DNA of 64,000 bases from Paraspadella gotoi (Eukaryota > Animalia > Chaetognatha): assembly GCA_051294375.1 (NCBI GenBank), contig CM119264.1:17605795-17669794 (forward strand). The letters run 5' to 3'. A model generated the notes under the pieces. That model had not been told where the DNA came from, searched no databases, and saw nothing but the letters and a program-made list of their open reading frames with translations. Of this stretch, positions 12,901-26,998 are shown in pieces. Made by a program: the position numbers and the translations under genes. Positions within the stretch are counted from its first letter, which is position 1; every line of letters begins with the position of its first letter.

Positions 12901-15332
12901 TGTTTCGCTAATGACTGTCGTTGTTATTTTGTTTGCTCGACTTTTTCCTTTTTCTTATTCTTAATCAGTCGTCGCGCAAAAAAGACGTCGTCTGTGAATA
13001 AAAAACAATAAACGGATTGTTTATTCGTCTTCCATTTGTCTTTTCTTTTTTTTTTTTTTTTTTGGACGAGTCGGTTTCTGTCTCCCGACATCATCCCTAA
13101 GAAATAATATTTCCTTCTTTCTATTTACGTATTCTTTTTGAATGCAGCAAAAATGCTTTTCCAATAGTTCGCGGCCCCTTTTTTTTCCTGGTATTTACAG
13201 TATTTAGAGTTGATGGTTAATGCAATAGTTTTCCGAGAATGCGTTTCCATTTAATATTTTATCGCTCACTCGTTATATCAATACGACTCTCCCTCGATTT
13301 CTTATCGCTTCTCTTATTTTTTTTTTATTTTCAAAAGAAAACAAGAAGCGATATAATGACAAATTGATTTTTAATTTTCTTAACTATCGACTTCAAAAAA
13401 AATAATTGAATATTGATTTAATTATGATCTGTGTCCGATATACTTTTCTACAAATATATATTTATCGACAGTATTACTTATTAGATCGCGAATAAAAGAG
13501 AGAGACCGCGTCAAAAGGAGTTTTCGTGAGAGGCTTCGAAACTGGCAAGGGGCGTTGATGAGGATTAAGAAAGGAATTCGGAATTAGATTGAGGGAAAAT
13601 CGCGTCGAAACTGGCGCCAGTCCGAAGCTTCGCCTTCATTAATCGTTGTCGTTCGTCGTCGTCGTCGTCGGTCTGAGTCGTCGTCCACTTTGTTGTCGTC
13701 ATCGTCGTCGCTGCATCTCGGATTACTGTGACAAGTTTGTTTTGTTTTTTTTGTTTTTTTTTATGACGTCACCGTGTACGTCATTGTGTACGACGTTCCT
13801 GCGTGCTCGTGTTCAACAATCTCCCGTACACGGTCGAAGTATATATTAATAATTTCTTTTTAAAAAGTGTATATCGAAGCCTGTGTTTGTCTCTCAATGT
13901 TTTTGCCAAGGCCTCCGTAATCATTAAGCAGTAAGATTTTAATTGCGAAATGTAAAACAAGAAATGAAAACTTGAAAAAGAGGGAAGGCCATTACGATTT
14001 ATTTCCCTTATAAATGTTGGAAAGAGGGAGAAGAGGAGCGGGGGAATTTAGTATTTTGAGTGCGGCTCGGATCGAAATAGTTAAATTTAGCTATATACCG
14101 TATCTAAATGAAATAATGAAACATTTGATCGATATGTTACTGCGTATGTTTATCCATACGTCAGAGTAAACACTAAATTTTACGCCCATCCCAAAATAGG
14201 CTCAAAACGATATTTTGGCGGAACGCATGCGCAGGCTCGACCGACTTCGAAGACGAGCTACGTAAATATCGATAAAAACGGTGCATTACCTTTGGGAGGG
14301 ATGAAGTTTTATCCCCCGGAAAGACGAAAAGATTCCGAAATTCGAGTCGCGGCGAATATTTTTTTTTATCGTTTTTGTTTACGACTGACCCGACGTTTGA
14401 GCGCTTGCGCCGTCAGGCCACCGAATGATCGTCGATGGCATTTATGGCGATTTTCACGAACGGCATCTATTGCCACTTTCAATGCTGACCGCAAGCATCG
14501 ATCGCATCACGGCTCCAAAAGTTATTTTTGTTAATATGATTCACGTTTCACATTTCTGTTCCCATCGAAATTTACCGTCAAAATTCGCCATTCCTAACTG
14601 TCTTAAAGAAGAAGAGAAGAGAGAGAGAGAGAGAGAGAGAAGAGAGAGAAGAGAGAAAGAGAGAGAGAGAGGAGAGAGAGAGACGAAGAGGAGAGAGAAG
14701 TGTCATTTCGTCATATTGATGAATAAAGATCAAGTTACGCGGGAAAAAATCCGTTAAGATAGATGAAGAAATGACGATAAGAGTAAAACTACGATGGTTG
14801 AAAGACACGAATAGTGTGATGAAACACATTGAAACGCGATGATGAAGACGACATTGAAAACGACGTATGGAGCCGAGATGAAGACGAGATGAAAACGCGG
14901 ATGAAGACGACGATTGGAAAACGACGATGAAAACGACGAAAAAAAAACCCGGGGGCACGAGACGAAAACCGGGAGATAAAAAAGTTGGAGCGCGCGAAAA
15001 ATGTTGCGGAGCCGAGGAAAGGGAAAAGCGCGTGAATGCAGTTTCATGGTGCGGGCCGGATGAGGAGGAGGAGGAGGAGGATGAGGAGGAGGAGGATGAA
15101 AATATTGTGGAAGAGGAGGAAGAACAAAAAGGAAAAGGAAAAGAAAGAGGTGGAGGAGGAGGAGGAAGAGGAGGGGGAAAGGGATGAGAAATAAGCCGGG
15201 GACGTAAACGAAATGGGGAGAAGGGTCGACCATAAAAGGAGGTGGAGGGAAGATTCGTGAAAAGCGCTCCCCTTTATTTAAAATAGCTTTTCAAAGTGTT
15301 CTTTGAAATAACATAGACTAAAACCAAAAAAA

Positions 15333-15685
15333 AAATAACAAACACCGGACAATTTGTCAGTATGATTTGAACTGACATCTCGCGGATTCTCGACGTTACT
15401 TTCGACTCACAGCTTGATAACTTTTCTTAAAGCTTTTTTTATTTTAGACGTTTGAAGGTTGAGCGCACGTCTCTGATTTCATGAATTATGTATCAACAAA
15501 TAATTTACTCACTAATCAAGCGAGAAACAAATTCACGTGTTTTTTTTTTTAAATCTTAGAATTTTAACGTCTGAAGTAAAAAAAAACACGTTCGTCCCAT
15601 CCTTTGAAAAACTAAATTTAAATTATTTTAAGTCTTATATTGTATACAATTCAGTCAGTTGACTTCTTTCGAAAGCTCGTTAAAG
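15333..15685 (-). repeat. ~360-bp repeat, copy B (inverted relative to 4365-4727)
   Basis: caaacaccggac...gtcagtatgatttgaactgaca...cgactcacagcttgataac...cacgttcgtcccatc...gaaagctcgtta is the reverse complement of copy A. Confidence 0.85.
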
Positions 15686-16116
15686 CGTATTTATTTCATC
15701 TAAAGGCTTCACTGAGCCTTTCTTGACTCTTGACCGACATTCCTACCTTTTAATGGAAGTGAAGACTTGATAGTTTTCGTTCAAAATCTTATCTCTCTTC
15801 TGCGTCGTCGTCTTTGTGTCTCACGAAATATAGTACTATTTGGCAAAAAGGCTTTTGATTTACATCACCGACAAAATTCGAAGGCTTTCTGGGATCTTCA
15901 TTCTTTAGTGATCGCTTATCCTCCGCAATTTTGGCAACGAATTAATTTTTCTACTAATTAATATCCATGCGCTTCTCCTTCACTTATTCTTGGCTAAATT
16001 ATCAATTTCAACGGTGAGAGCTTTATTGGCCGTCGTTCGAAGCTAACGATCCCTCCAATTCCCCGGTCGCCGAGGGAGAGAGAGAGAGAAAGAGAAGAGG
16101 AGAAGAGAGAGAGAGA

Positions 16117-16162
<46 letters not shown>

Positions 16163-16167
16163 AGGGA

Positions 16168-16202
<35 letters not shown>

Positions 16203-17337
16203 TGTAATTTGCATATCGCGGTGAAGCTGATTGCTTCGACGGCGAATCGATGGGAGGTGACGTAAGAGTCGTAAGTTCCAGAGTGAGAAAAAAAACCGTC
16301 TTTGGCGCGAAGACTAATCGACTCCAAGATCCTCACGACCCGACTGTGAAATCTCTCACTCTCTGGGATGTAGAGAGAGAGAGAGAGAGAGAGACGTTTG
16401 GTTTCTTGACAGAGAGGGCGCGAGGCGGACGATTGGTCAAAGTTAGCTAAGGCGAAGATTTTACACGGGGGCATTAACGTAGCTTAACGTGAGAATTGAT
16501 CGTCGAAATAGATTTATATCAATTTTAAATGTTTCCTTCACTTAAATAATAATTAAAAAAACGAACATCTAATCTTTCGAGTTGTCATTTAATCGGTAAC
16601 AAAACGTGAGTTCTTCCATCACTCCCCCCCCCCTTCGAGTTCAACCAATCAAGAACGGTTTCCGCTGACCAATGAGAAACCGGCGTCATCCGGCCGCTTG
16701 GAAGAGCAACGCAATTTTACTTCTTAAACCCCAATGAGTCGTTAACTGGGAAACGACGTTGTTTCTTCTTTGTTGTCGTCGTCGTCGTTTTCGTCGACGT
16801 CGTCGTCCGTTTTATTGAGCGGGTCAACAGACGACTTTCTCTTTGCCTTTGGCCTCTTTGTAGTTATTTTAAAACTATTCGGACTTTTCGTTAACCACGA
16901 TTTTTTCAGCTGCCGTAATTTTGGAACTTGAGGGCTTTTCTTCTCATTCAGATCGTCTTCATCATGGTCATCGTCGTCGTCATGATAATTATCAATAACA
17001 TAATTAAAATCGTTGTGAATCAATATCTTCACTTTAAATTATCATATCGTTATCATCAACTCCATCATCATTATCATCTGCAGCAGCATCTGGTTTTTTC
17101 GCCGCTTCTTGGATTTTGCGCTGAACTAATCTGTTTCAGTTGCTATTTAAAAAATGTAAAAACATTTGTTTCTGTTTCTTTTTTAAAATTAAATGATACC
17201 AAAATAATTTTAAAAAATCTTCATCATATTCGTTCGTTAGTTTCATAATCCTCAACATAGTCATTTTTCTTATAATTATCGTCATAATTAACTCCACCAA
17301 TTTTTATCCTCAGCATCATAGTCCTCTTCATCATCAT

Positions 17338-17473
17338 TTTCTTCTTCTTCTTCTTCTTCTTCTTCTTCTTCTTCTTCTTCTTCTTCTTCTTCTTCTTCTT
17401 CTTCTTCTCCTTCTTCTTCTACTTCTCCTTCTCCTCCTTCTTCTTCTCCTTCTTCTTCTTCTTCTTCTTCTTC
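17338..17473. repeat. (TTC)n microsatellite
   Basis: Long TTC run with a few CTC interruptions; source of the poly-E ORF 17288-17509. Confidence 0.95.
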
Positions 17474-17969
17474 TATTTTTCTTCTCTCGTACGCCACTAA
17501 AAAATGCATTCCCAGGAACTAATTGTCTTTTAGTTCTTTAGCTGCGGGGGAAGAATGGAGAAAGGAGGGGAAAAATAAAGAGGAGGAAAGAGAAGGATGG
17601 AAAATAAAAGGGGGAAAAGGGGAGGAAAGAAAAGAGGAGGAAAGGAGAGGAGGAAAAGGATGAAAGAATGAAGTTGGATGGGGGAAAGAGAATGGAGGAG
17701 AGAGAAATGGAGAGAAAAGAAGCGAATTCTGGAAGGACAGAAGTAAAGAAGAGAAAAAAAGAAGAGAAGAAAAGAAGAGCGAATAGAGGATGGAGGAAAG
17801 GAAAAAAGTGGTGAGAATGGAGGAAGGAGGGAAGGAGGAAAGGAGAAAAGAGGCGAAGGTGTAGGAAGGAAGGAGGAGGAAGGAGGAAAAGAAGAGGATG
17901 ATGGAAGAAAAGGAGGCGCGTAAATTGAAGACGAAGTCGACGGGAAATTTAAGAATAGACGAAAAGATA

Positions 17970-18000
<31 letters not shown>

Positions 18001-18229
18001 AGAATATATTTAGATATAAAAGCAGTGAAGTTGTGTTTGGCAAGTGAGGGAGGAAATTTAATTAAAATGGTTAAGAAAAAGGGTGAAGATACAAGAGTGA
18101 AGATTGATGAGAAGAAAGCAAAGGAAAAGAAATGAAAGGAAAGGAAATGAAATGAAAGTAGAGGAGAGGAAAGGAAATAAAAGAAAAAAGGGAGAAGGAA
18201 AGAAAGAGAAAGAAATAAAACAAAAAGCA

Positions 18230-18415
18230 AAGAAAAGAAGAAAAGAAAAAAAATAAAAGAAAAGAAAAGATAAGAAAAGAAAAGAAAAGAAAAGAAAAGA
18301 AAAGATAAGAAAAGATAAGAAAAGAAAAGAAAAGAAAAGAAAAGAAAAGAAAAGAAAAGAAAAGAAAAGAAAAGAAAAGAAAAGAAAAGAAAAGAAAAGA
18401 AAAGAAAAGAAAAAA
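18230..18415. repeat. (AAAAG)n microsatellite at the end of a ~900-bp polypurine tract
   Basis: Direct inspection. The purine-rich plus strand extends from ~17550. Confidence 0.95.
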
Positions 18416-19344
18416 AAAGGAAAGAACAAGGTTATTTCCAGAAAAAAAAAAGTCGGTCGCTCGATTGATGAGATTATGGGATGAGCAAAAAAAAGGAAGG
18501 AAAGAGGAGAACGGAAAAAGAAAAGGAGAAGGTGAGTTGCGACTCGAGCGATGAGGAGAAAGCAGAAGAAAAAAGTGGGTGAGGCAAAGAATATGGTTTC
18601 TGGATGAATAATGGAGAGCAGGTAAGGTACGACATTAAGCAGAAACGCGCTCGCGAAACTCACCCTTAATTCGCTCAATTTCTTTTTTCGACGAGTATCT
18701 CCTTTTGTGTGAGCGCGAACAAATGTGCGTGAAAAAAATCATTTTTCCCTCCACTTTTTTTTAAAAAATTTTTAGATTTACGACTTTTAAACGAAAAGGA
18801 AATCATTTTTCATCTTTCTCTTTTCATTTTTTCAGCTAATTTTTTTTTTTAAGTTAACAATTTTTTTCCTTCATTCTACCGAATCGCGCAACTTTTTTAT
18901 TTTTATGCTCAAAAAAATTTGTTTCGCAATAAAAATTGACGAAGGCAGCGAAGACGACGACGACGACAAAAAGAAAAAAAGGAAAAACGATCAACGGTGA
19001 CGCAAATGACGACGATGGCAGAGACGACTGATGACAGAGACGACTGAAGACAGAGAAGAATGATGACAGAGCCGAAACCATTTGTTGATAAAAGATAAAC
19101 AAGAATGGTAATTCCAGTGTGTTGCGCCGCAGTGACTTTTATTTTGATCACATGATATGACATGACATGACATGACTAAAAAACTTTTTATGACATGCTC
19201 TGCAGCAATATTCTGTCTTTTATTCCTTATAGTTTTAAGAATTCCTGAAGGCGACGCAAGCAGTCCCTTCGATTCAAGGGTTTTTTTCTGTCTTAACAAA
19301 TGAGCAACCAACTATAAGCAAATCATATGCATTTTTAACGTAAG

Positions 19345-19450
19345 TGGGACAGAAGGTCGGATGGACATACCAAAGGATCAACCGACCGACAGACCGACCG
19401 AAAATTAACTTATAGAGTTGCTCCGCGAGTACTCACGGCGCAACTAAAAA
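19345..19450 (-). mobile_element. Probable terminus of a non-autonomous Helentron/DINE-1-like (HINE) element
   Basis: (GACC/GACA)n microsatellite, then cttatag, then a near-perfect palindrome agttgc-tccgcgagtactcacggc-gcaact and AAAAA. On the minus strand this is the T-run, hairpin, GTCY-repeat layout of HINE/DINE-1-type ends. Confidence 0.55.
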
Positions 19451-19509
19451 GTGAAGGAAATCGTGAAAAGGGATTTCGTGCGTAGAGATCACGACCTTCT
19501 CAAGATGTC

Positions 19510-19585
<76 letters not shown>

Positions 19586-22500
19586 AAATCCATTTTGTAT
19601 GCTTTGCTTCTCAAGAGCTCTGCGTTTCGTTTTCCGTCATAATCATTGATCACTGATAGAGGTTATTTCTTTTTTCATTCTTTTCCTCAGTTTACCTTCT
19701 CCCGTTAACCGATCACTTTCTCATCTTCTCGCTTTTCTTTCGTCCTCTCTAAAAACTTTTCTTTTCTTCCCACTGTTCTCTTCCAATTTCCTCTTAATTT
19801 TGTTTTTCATGACATATTCGTTTACTAACTTTTTCTTTTTTAAACCTTCATGTTAAACACACACCCCCACCCGTCCAGACGAACATTTTTTTTTTCAAAC
19901 CTTTTTTCTAAATTACGCAACCATCGTATTTGAACCTTTTTCTTTTTAAAGACTTTTTTCTCTGAAGAAAGTGAAGACTCTCGATTTTAAGATTCAATTG
20001 ATATGCAGGAACTTCACTTTTTGAAAACGACGATGACGACGACGACGACGACGAAAGGACGAAGTAGACGACTAAAATAACGACTAATACGACGACGCAA
20101 ACGACGAAAAATGTCTACTCGAAGAGCATCTAATATTTTTTTTTCCGAAAAAAAAAGTTGTGGGCCGAGATGTAAAACATGGTTCGATTCCTAATTTGCA
20201 TAAGCTTCTATGAAATTTGACTGTTTCACTTTGTAGCAAATATAAAATTGCGGTTTAATTTTTTCCCTTTTTTTTTCTAGCGGAGAAAATTCGCCTTCTC
20301 AAAAAATATCAAGTGAAAAGATAACGTTGAATGCGAATGAAGTAAAAACCGAAAAAAAAGTTTTTCTCAGAATTTTCTTTCGTTTTCATCTTTGATCCCT
20401 CGTCTTTTGGCTTCACTTCTTTTTTTTCATTATATTCAATGTTCCTCTTTCTTTTATCTTTTCTTTTACTTCATTTTTTTATTTTTTAATTCCTTCATTC
20501 TTCTTTCCATCTTTAGTGATCGCTTGCCATCATCCGCTCCCCTCCCACATCCTCGCCTCTCGGTCCCAATTTCTCGGAAACCGACAATTGAATACGAGAG
20601 CAAACATCTCGATTTTCACAGACAACAAACAACAAAGTTGCGCTCAACAAAAACATCAAAGGCAACAAAGACGCGATGAGCTGAGAAAAGGAAAAACTGA
20701 AAAAAAAGTGTTTAGTGTTTTTGTCAAGTTTTCGCTCCAACAACTAATTTAGTAATTATTTAAATTTTTCTTCGACTGCATTCGAGCAAACCTGCACGGA
20801 AATTGTGAATTTCTAGTATTTGAGATGGCTAAGTCTAAGATATGAGAAATAATTTTGAACACAAGAATTCGTAGACAAAGCTAAATGGAAAGGTTTACTC
20901 AGGCCTCATGAGAAAAAAAAAAGAATGTGGTTTTACACTTGTACGTAATAAACTTATTGTCGATCTGAATTTTTTTTTAGTTAATAACGTTCTTTCGGCT
21001 TCCGTCGAAATGGCCATGACGAACTAAAAAGCTATTCGTCACGCCTTTGTTCCGATGTTTTTAAAAGCCATTTTCCATCATGAATCGAGAAGAGAATCGA
21101 AATTAATTCAAAATTATGCAAAAAAGCTTTTTCGTTGTTGAAATTGGCGAATGAGAAAGGGGTATGAATCGTTCGGGGAATAAGGGGAAGATGGGAGAGA
21201 ATAGATGGGGAGAAAGGGGAGAGAGAGAGAGAAAGAGAGAGAGAGAAAGATGTAGTCTGTAGCAAGAAATGTGTTGCGGTTTTTTTTGCGGATCCATCGC
21301 AACTGCATTAAGGCTACAATCGTGGGTTTATTACTCATGCCGTATAAGCTTTGAGAAGATGCTTTACTCTACAAACTGTGACAGCTGTGCATAGAATCAG
21401 TCTTCATTGCCCGAGCCTGTTCAAAGTGTTCATGTACCCAATCTGCGTTAAGTCTGTGTCAAGAATACGTCTATGTAAGAACTTTGACTAGATTCCTATT
21501 ACAAGGCTTCGTCGGAAAGGGTAGAGAGGCAAAACAAAAAATGGGTGTGCGCTGGAGCGAACCATTGGGAAGGAGGGCAGGCCGAAAAGGAACGCGGGTG
21601 GGCGAGAGAGTCCCGGTGGTGCTGTTTGACGGGCGTCTCGGGGTTTAGAGGTCGGAAACGGAGGTGGAAGAATCCACGGCCCAACTCTCGGCACCAAACA
21701 CTGAATCTTTTCGACTGTAGAAACGATATTCGACAAATTTTGACTGAATCCTTCGCCTCGGTTCGGCTAAAAGGTTCCATTCAACTCAGCGTGATCTAAC
21801 CTTTTTTTCCCCCGAACTCGACGGTTAATTTCGCTTCTCCCGCGTTTTTAAGTTCTCTCAACGCTCCGGGTGGGAGAGTAACGTCGAATTCGTGCCCAAC
21901 TAAGGTTTACGTTTAAAAAAAAAAAAATATCTTAACGCAACGTTGCCTAACCCTAGAACCTTCTCCTTCTCCCTTCTTTCCTTCGTAGATCAAAACTCGG
22001 AAAGCCATCCCCAGTTTCCCCGGGGAACCGAAGGCAGAGAGATCGAGTCCCAACCCCCGATGAGGTCGTAAACCTCGGCCCAGACCTGACTCCCTCCCTC
22101 GCGTCTTCTTATTCTTCTTCTTCTCCTTCATTTTTACTTCTCTTTTCTCTCTCTTTCTTTTTACTCGCAATTTTTAATGCCCTTCTCCGCTCCTCGGATT
22201 TTTACTATTTCATTCATCTCATTTTTCCTTTTCTTAGATATGTTTCTTAGCCATTATATTGATTATTTACTAATATAAATTTATATATATAATATATAAT
22301 ATGTAGTTATCTAATAAACAAGCTTTTCTCCTGATCTAGGCTATGGTAGGCCTCCAGTCCCCCTTACAAGATAATAACATCATAACACAGATTGCAAGAT
22401 TTCAAGATTTTTCTCTCTCTGATTTTTGCAAATATATCTTTTCATGTTTCATTACATTTTCGTTTTTTTCTTTTTCACCCCATTCTAACATGCTCACTGA

Positions 22501-23037
22501 TTAATTTCTTTTTCCTTCAGACTTACCATTCAAACTGATACATTCTTAATACCATTTTTATTTTATTTTTTACTCGCTTCCCTTCCCTCCACCCTTTTTT
22601 TTCTCAAATCAAAATTTCTCGTTCGCCTCTTTTCAATTTTCATTCATCAGCATTTTCTTTAATTTTCTCTCCTCTCCATTCTTTTCCCATCATCCTTTCT
22701 GACTTACAACTTTCTTTTTCCTTACTTCCATCTTCTCTCATCGTCTTTTTCGTCAACCCCTTCTCCCCTCCCTTCCTCCCTTCCTCCCTTCCTCCCTTCC
22801 ACCCTTCGCTCAACAACCTTCCCAGACTTTCTCTCATCCCTCGACAATTGCCTTGGGAAAAGAAGAAACAAAAAAAAAGAATAAGAAAAGAAAAGAAAAT
22901 GTTATGTTGTTGTTGGGGGAACCTCTTCCTACGACCGGGTAGAGGAAATTTAGAGAGACTAAAATGAATTATGGCGGCCGGAGCTTTTGGATTGAGAAGA
23001 TAGCGCTACGAGCCGTGGGGGAAATGGGGAAGAACAT

Positions 23038-23127
<90 letters not shown>

Positions 23128-23932
23128 CCTGCGATTCTTCAATTTCCTTTCCTGTGGCTTTTCCCCCTGCCTTTTTCTTCTTTTCGAACCATTTTTCTTC
23201 TCTTTTTTCCTTCTCTTTTTTTTTCGCTCTTTTCTTTTTTTTTTCACCTGAAGTCGGAGAAAAAAAAACATTGATTTCCCGCGTTGGTTTTGAGGTTTTG
23301 CGGATTGATCCCAACGGAACGAATTTTCAAACTCTGTCATTAGTGGGAGGATTTGAAAGAGAAATTGGGAAGGATTTTACGTTGGGTGACAAAGCGGGAG
23401 ACAAGGGGAACTTATTTTGCTCTATTTGCAGTCAACCCAGATTCTCACGCTCACACAGTCACACTGTTTCACTCTTTCTGCAAAGGGAAGAGCACAGTTT
23501 TCCCTTCTTCCCTTCCGTTCGGCGCGACATGTCTCATGTAGCATCATTCTATCTCCCAACATATTCGTAGAGATTAACTTAAAATATGAATCCAGAGCAA
23601 CTTACGAATTAGCAAACGATGGCTACTTTACTATTTCCCCTTTGCTTTTTCCCTTTCCCTTTGCCTTTTTCTCCTTCTCGCCTTTTTCGTTCCGCTCTGA
23701 ATTCTTTGGTTCTTCATCGTTCATTCCGAACAACAGAAAAAGATTTTCTTGTCTGTGCATAACATCATTGAAGCTCGTTTGCATTCAATCGTCGAAGACG
23801 AAACAACTTTTCAAGTCTGGACTTGCTCCAAGTTAACTCACGGTTTTTTTCGTCGCATCGTCGAATTTGTATATTACACAGGTTCGCGCAAGAAAGTGAA
23901 TGTAACGCTAATATTTTAAAATAAAAGTTGAT

Positions 23933-24150
23933 GTTATGGTAAGAGCCGGGTTGCCTGTGATGCCCATTGGGATGGGGCATCTCACTGTTGGCTTCCGACC
24001 CTCAGTGACGCCTCCAGTCACTGGCGCGGTTACCCTAGGACGTCGTCAGGTCTGTGGAGTGTGGATGGTACACTACGCTTAGGGATGGTGTGTTCCCCCT
24101 CTGAGCCAGTGAATTTTGGCTGAAGGATGGTGGACGTGAGACGGTGAGAA
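23933..24150 (-). mobile_element. SINE-like retroposon family, copy 1
   Basis: The reverse complement matches 47525-47768 (cagtgactggaggcgtcactgagggtcggaagc; gatgccccatcc.aatgggcatcacaggcaacccggct). Confidence 0.85.
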
Positions 24151-24267
24151 TGTTTCTTTTCTGTTTTTACGGATTGAATCTTTTATTTTATTATTCCTTT
24201 ATATGACATATGATGGAGTTGGACGGTCTATGTCTAAGAAGGGGAGAGGGGAGAGAAGAGAGAGAGA

Positions 24268-24321
<54 letters not shown>

Positions 24322-24542
24322 GCGATAGTGAGAAAGATTGAGATAAAATATAAACAACTAATAAAGAGTGAAATTTTCCTTGGTAAAAATGGTGAGTACT
24401 TTAGTGAATCTATCTAAAAGGGTGTTAAAAATGAAGAGGAAAAAATTTCTTTTTTTTCTATCACCCCTTCAAGAAAAAAATTGAAAAAGAAGAAATTTTT
24501 AAAAAGAGCCTCTGGCGCCAATGTTAAGGAGAAAACGTTTTC

Positions 24543-24623
<81 letters not shown>

Positions 24624-26033
24624 GGTCTATCTTTTCAAATCCATCACTGTCAATTCTTCAGTTTTCCTTTGTTAAATAAAAAAAAATTATGTTCTCACGG
24701 AGGACGGGCGAATCTGACCGAGAGAAGCCGAGCCTAGAAATAAAATAAGGAAGATTAAGACAGAAGTGACTAATCTAATGCCTAGTTTCGGGTGACGAAT
24801 ATTTTAGATGACAGAATTCATAATACTTCTTTACATTTTTGGCTTTAATATTGGGGGTGGGGGGTTAAATTTTCGAAATCCAATGGTATTTCGTGCTAGT
24901 AAGATTTGGCTTTCAGGTTTTCCATTTCTTTAAATCGCTTTCTAATTTTTTTTGTTGGTGAACGAAATTAGGAGTCGTCGTCTTCATCATCATACAATCT
25001 ATATAGTATTGTACATAGTCATCAAGGATTTTCATAGTTAACTAATTTTATTTTTAGTCTACTTCTAATTCAATTTATCACTCCGACACTTTGCTAGTTG
25101 CTAACTTAAATTTTACAAATCAATATATTATCGCTTTTCCATCGAACTTTTAAAATATTCATAATTCCTATACTAACTGCTTTTAAAAAAATATTAGATT
25201 TACGCGGTTTTTCCTGTTTGCGGATTTCCTCTTTTCCAATCGTCCGATTCGTCCTACTCGCGTATTTTTCCGGACGCTAATTTGGCGACGCCTACTCAGC
25301 GGCTTCCGGTTCCCATGGGCGTGGCCCCATCCGGGATTCGAGTCTCGTTCTCGTCGAGTATTTCAACGACTTTTGTTGTGGCGGATGACGTTTGTTTCGC
25401 GCGGAGCGGCGAGCGGAGTTAGCAGCGGCCATGCCGAGGAGCTGCCGGTTTTGTCTGCTGCGGCGCTTCTGAGATGAAGCCCGCGGCGCTGAGGATATAT
25501 CAGTTGCGGCGCCGTTGAGGAGGCTACGGCGCTGCGGAGATTGAGGCTGAGGAGACTCAAGTTGCGGCGCCGCGGAGGCCGCGCCGTACGGATATGCGGT
25601 CGCGAGCGGTAGGAGTGGGGTATGTGAGAACTGAGCAGATTCAAAGAAAATTAGAAAGGTTCTGTTTGAACGAACTGGAAACAAAGATGACGAGCTGGTT
25701 GCTAGATTATGACCCAACTTGGAACCTCACCACAAGCAGGTGGGTAAGTTTCAAATTCTCTTTTTTCATTGCCATCTTAATTCTAAACCTTTTTTTTTCC
25801 TTTTTTTTTTTTTACAGCGGTTGCTCAATTTAAGTTCCTTCCATGAGGCTCTCTTCGTATCTTTCCTTCTCCTAATCCCTGCTTGACTCTATATCTCTTC
25901 TATATATCTATAATTCTCCCTAAACTTTATGTTTTGTTTTGTTTTGTTTGTTTTTTTCTTTTTTACTTCTTTGTATTTCTCATTCATCTGCAGTCGTATC
26001 AGGGATTCGAAAACCTTACGGTAATCTCTCTCT

Positions 26034-26115
<82 letters not shown>

Positions 26116-26907
26116 TTTTAATCTTTCTTTTCCCATCTTTCTTATCCGCACCTCCTTTTCCGTTCTCTCCTCTCGCTTCCCTGAGAGAAGCAGACATTTT
26201 GGAAGATCTTTCGCCGGGATAAGACCCTCCCTTTCTCTCGCGGGCTCATCGGCGTTTTACCATCCATCTTCTTGTCAGTTCTGGGCTTTGTACGAGCTGG
26301 ATCTTGATTAGCCGCGGTAATGCGAAAGGGGAGAGAGGGAGAGGAAGAGAAAAAGAAAAAAAAAGGGGCCGGATTGGGGGAAGGGGAGAAAGAGGAGAAA
26401 AAAGTGTGAAATGAATCGTGAACGCAGTTGTAATCGAATGCAGTTCATTCTCGGCGTCGCTGAACAAATTAAAGGCTAATTTCTACAAAATGGAAACAAA
26501 TGCAACAGGTAAGATTCTCTCTTTTATTGTGATTTTCATGATTCGATCATTTTGGATTTAATAAAACCAGAACAAAAAATTCTAACCAATTCCAATCATT
26601 TCATTGATTTCGTGCTTTTTTAATTTAATAGTTCAATGGATATCAGTCGTCAATATTATAAAAACAGCACCTTGTTAAATTTTGTGCTTTTTAATTCATA
26701 ATATTTTTTAATACATACCGTTGATAAAAATGTTTTAGAAATATTGTTGAAAGACAAAACAAAATGGATGCGCGACGCTGGTGGCGCGGAAACGTTGACG
26801 GGCGACTGACGTGGACAGAACGCCTATGATCACGGGATTCACGGATCGACGACTTTTCAAAACGAATTTTCAAAACGCAACGCGGTGAATCAGCCCGGTC
26901 GCTCTGT

Positions 26908-26998
<91 letters not shown>

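Noticed and set aside
16742-17509. Acidic/basic ORFs (poly-D and poly-E) on the minus strand
   Set aside because: Explained by (GAC/GAT)n and (GAA)n microsatellites, with stops between pieces and no domain. A real exon cannot be fully excluded.
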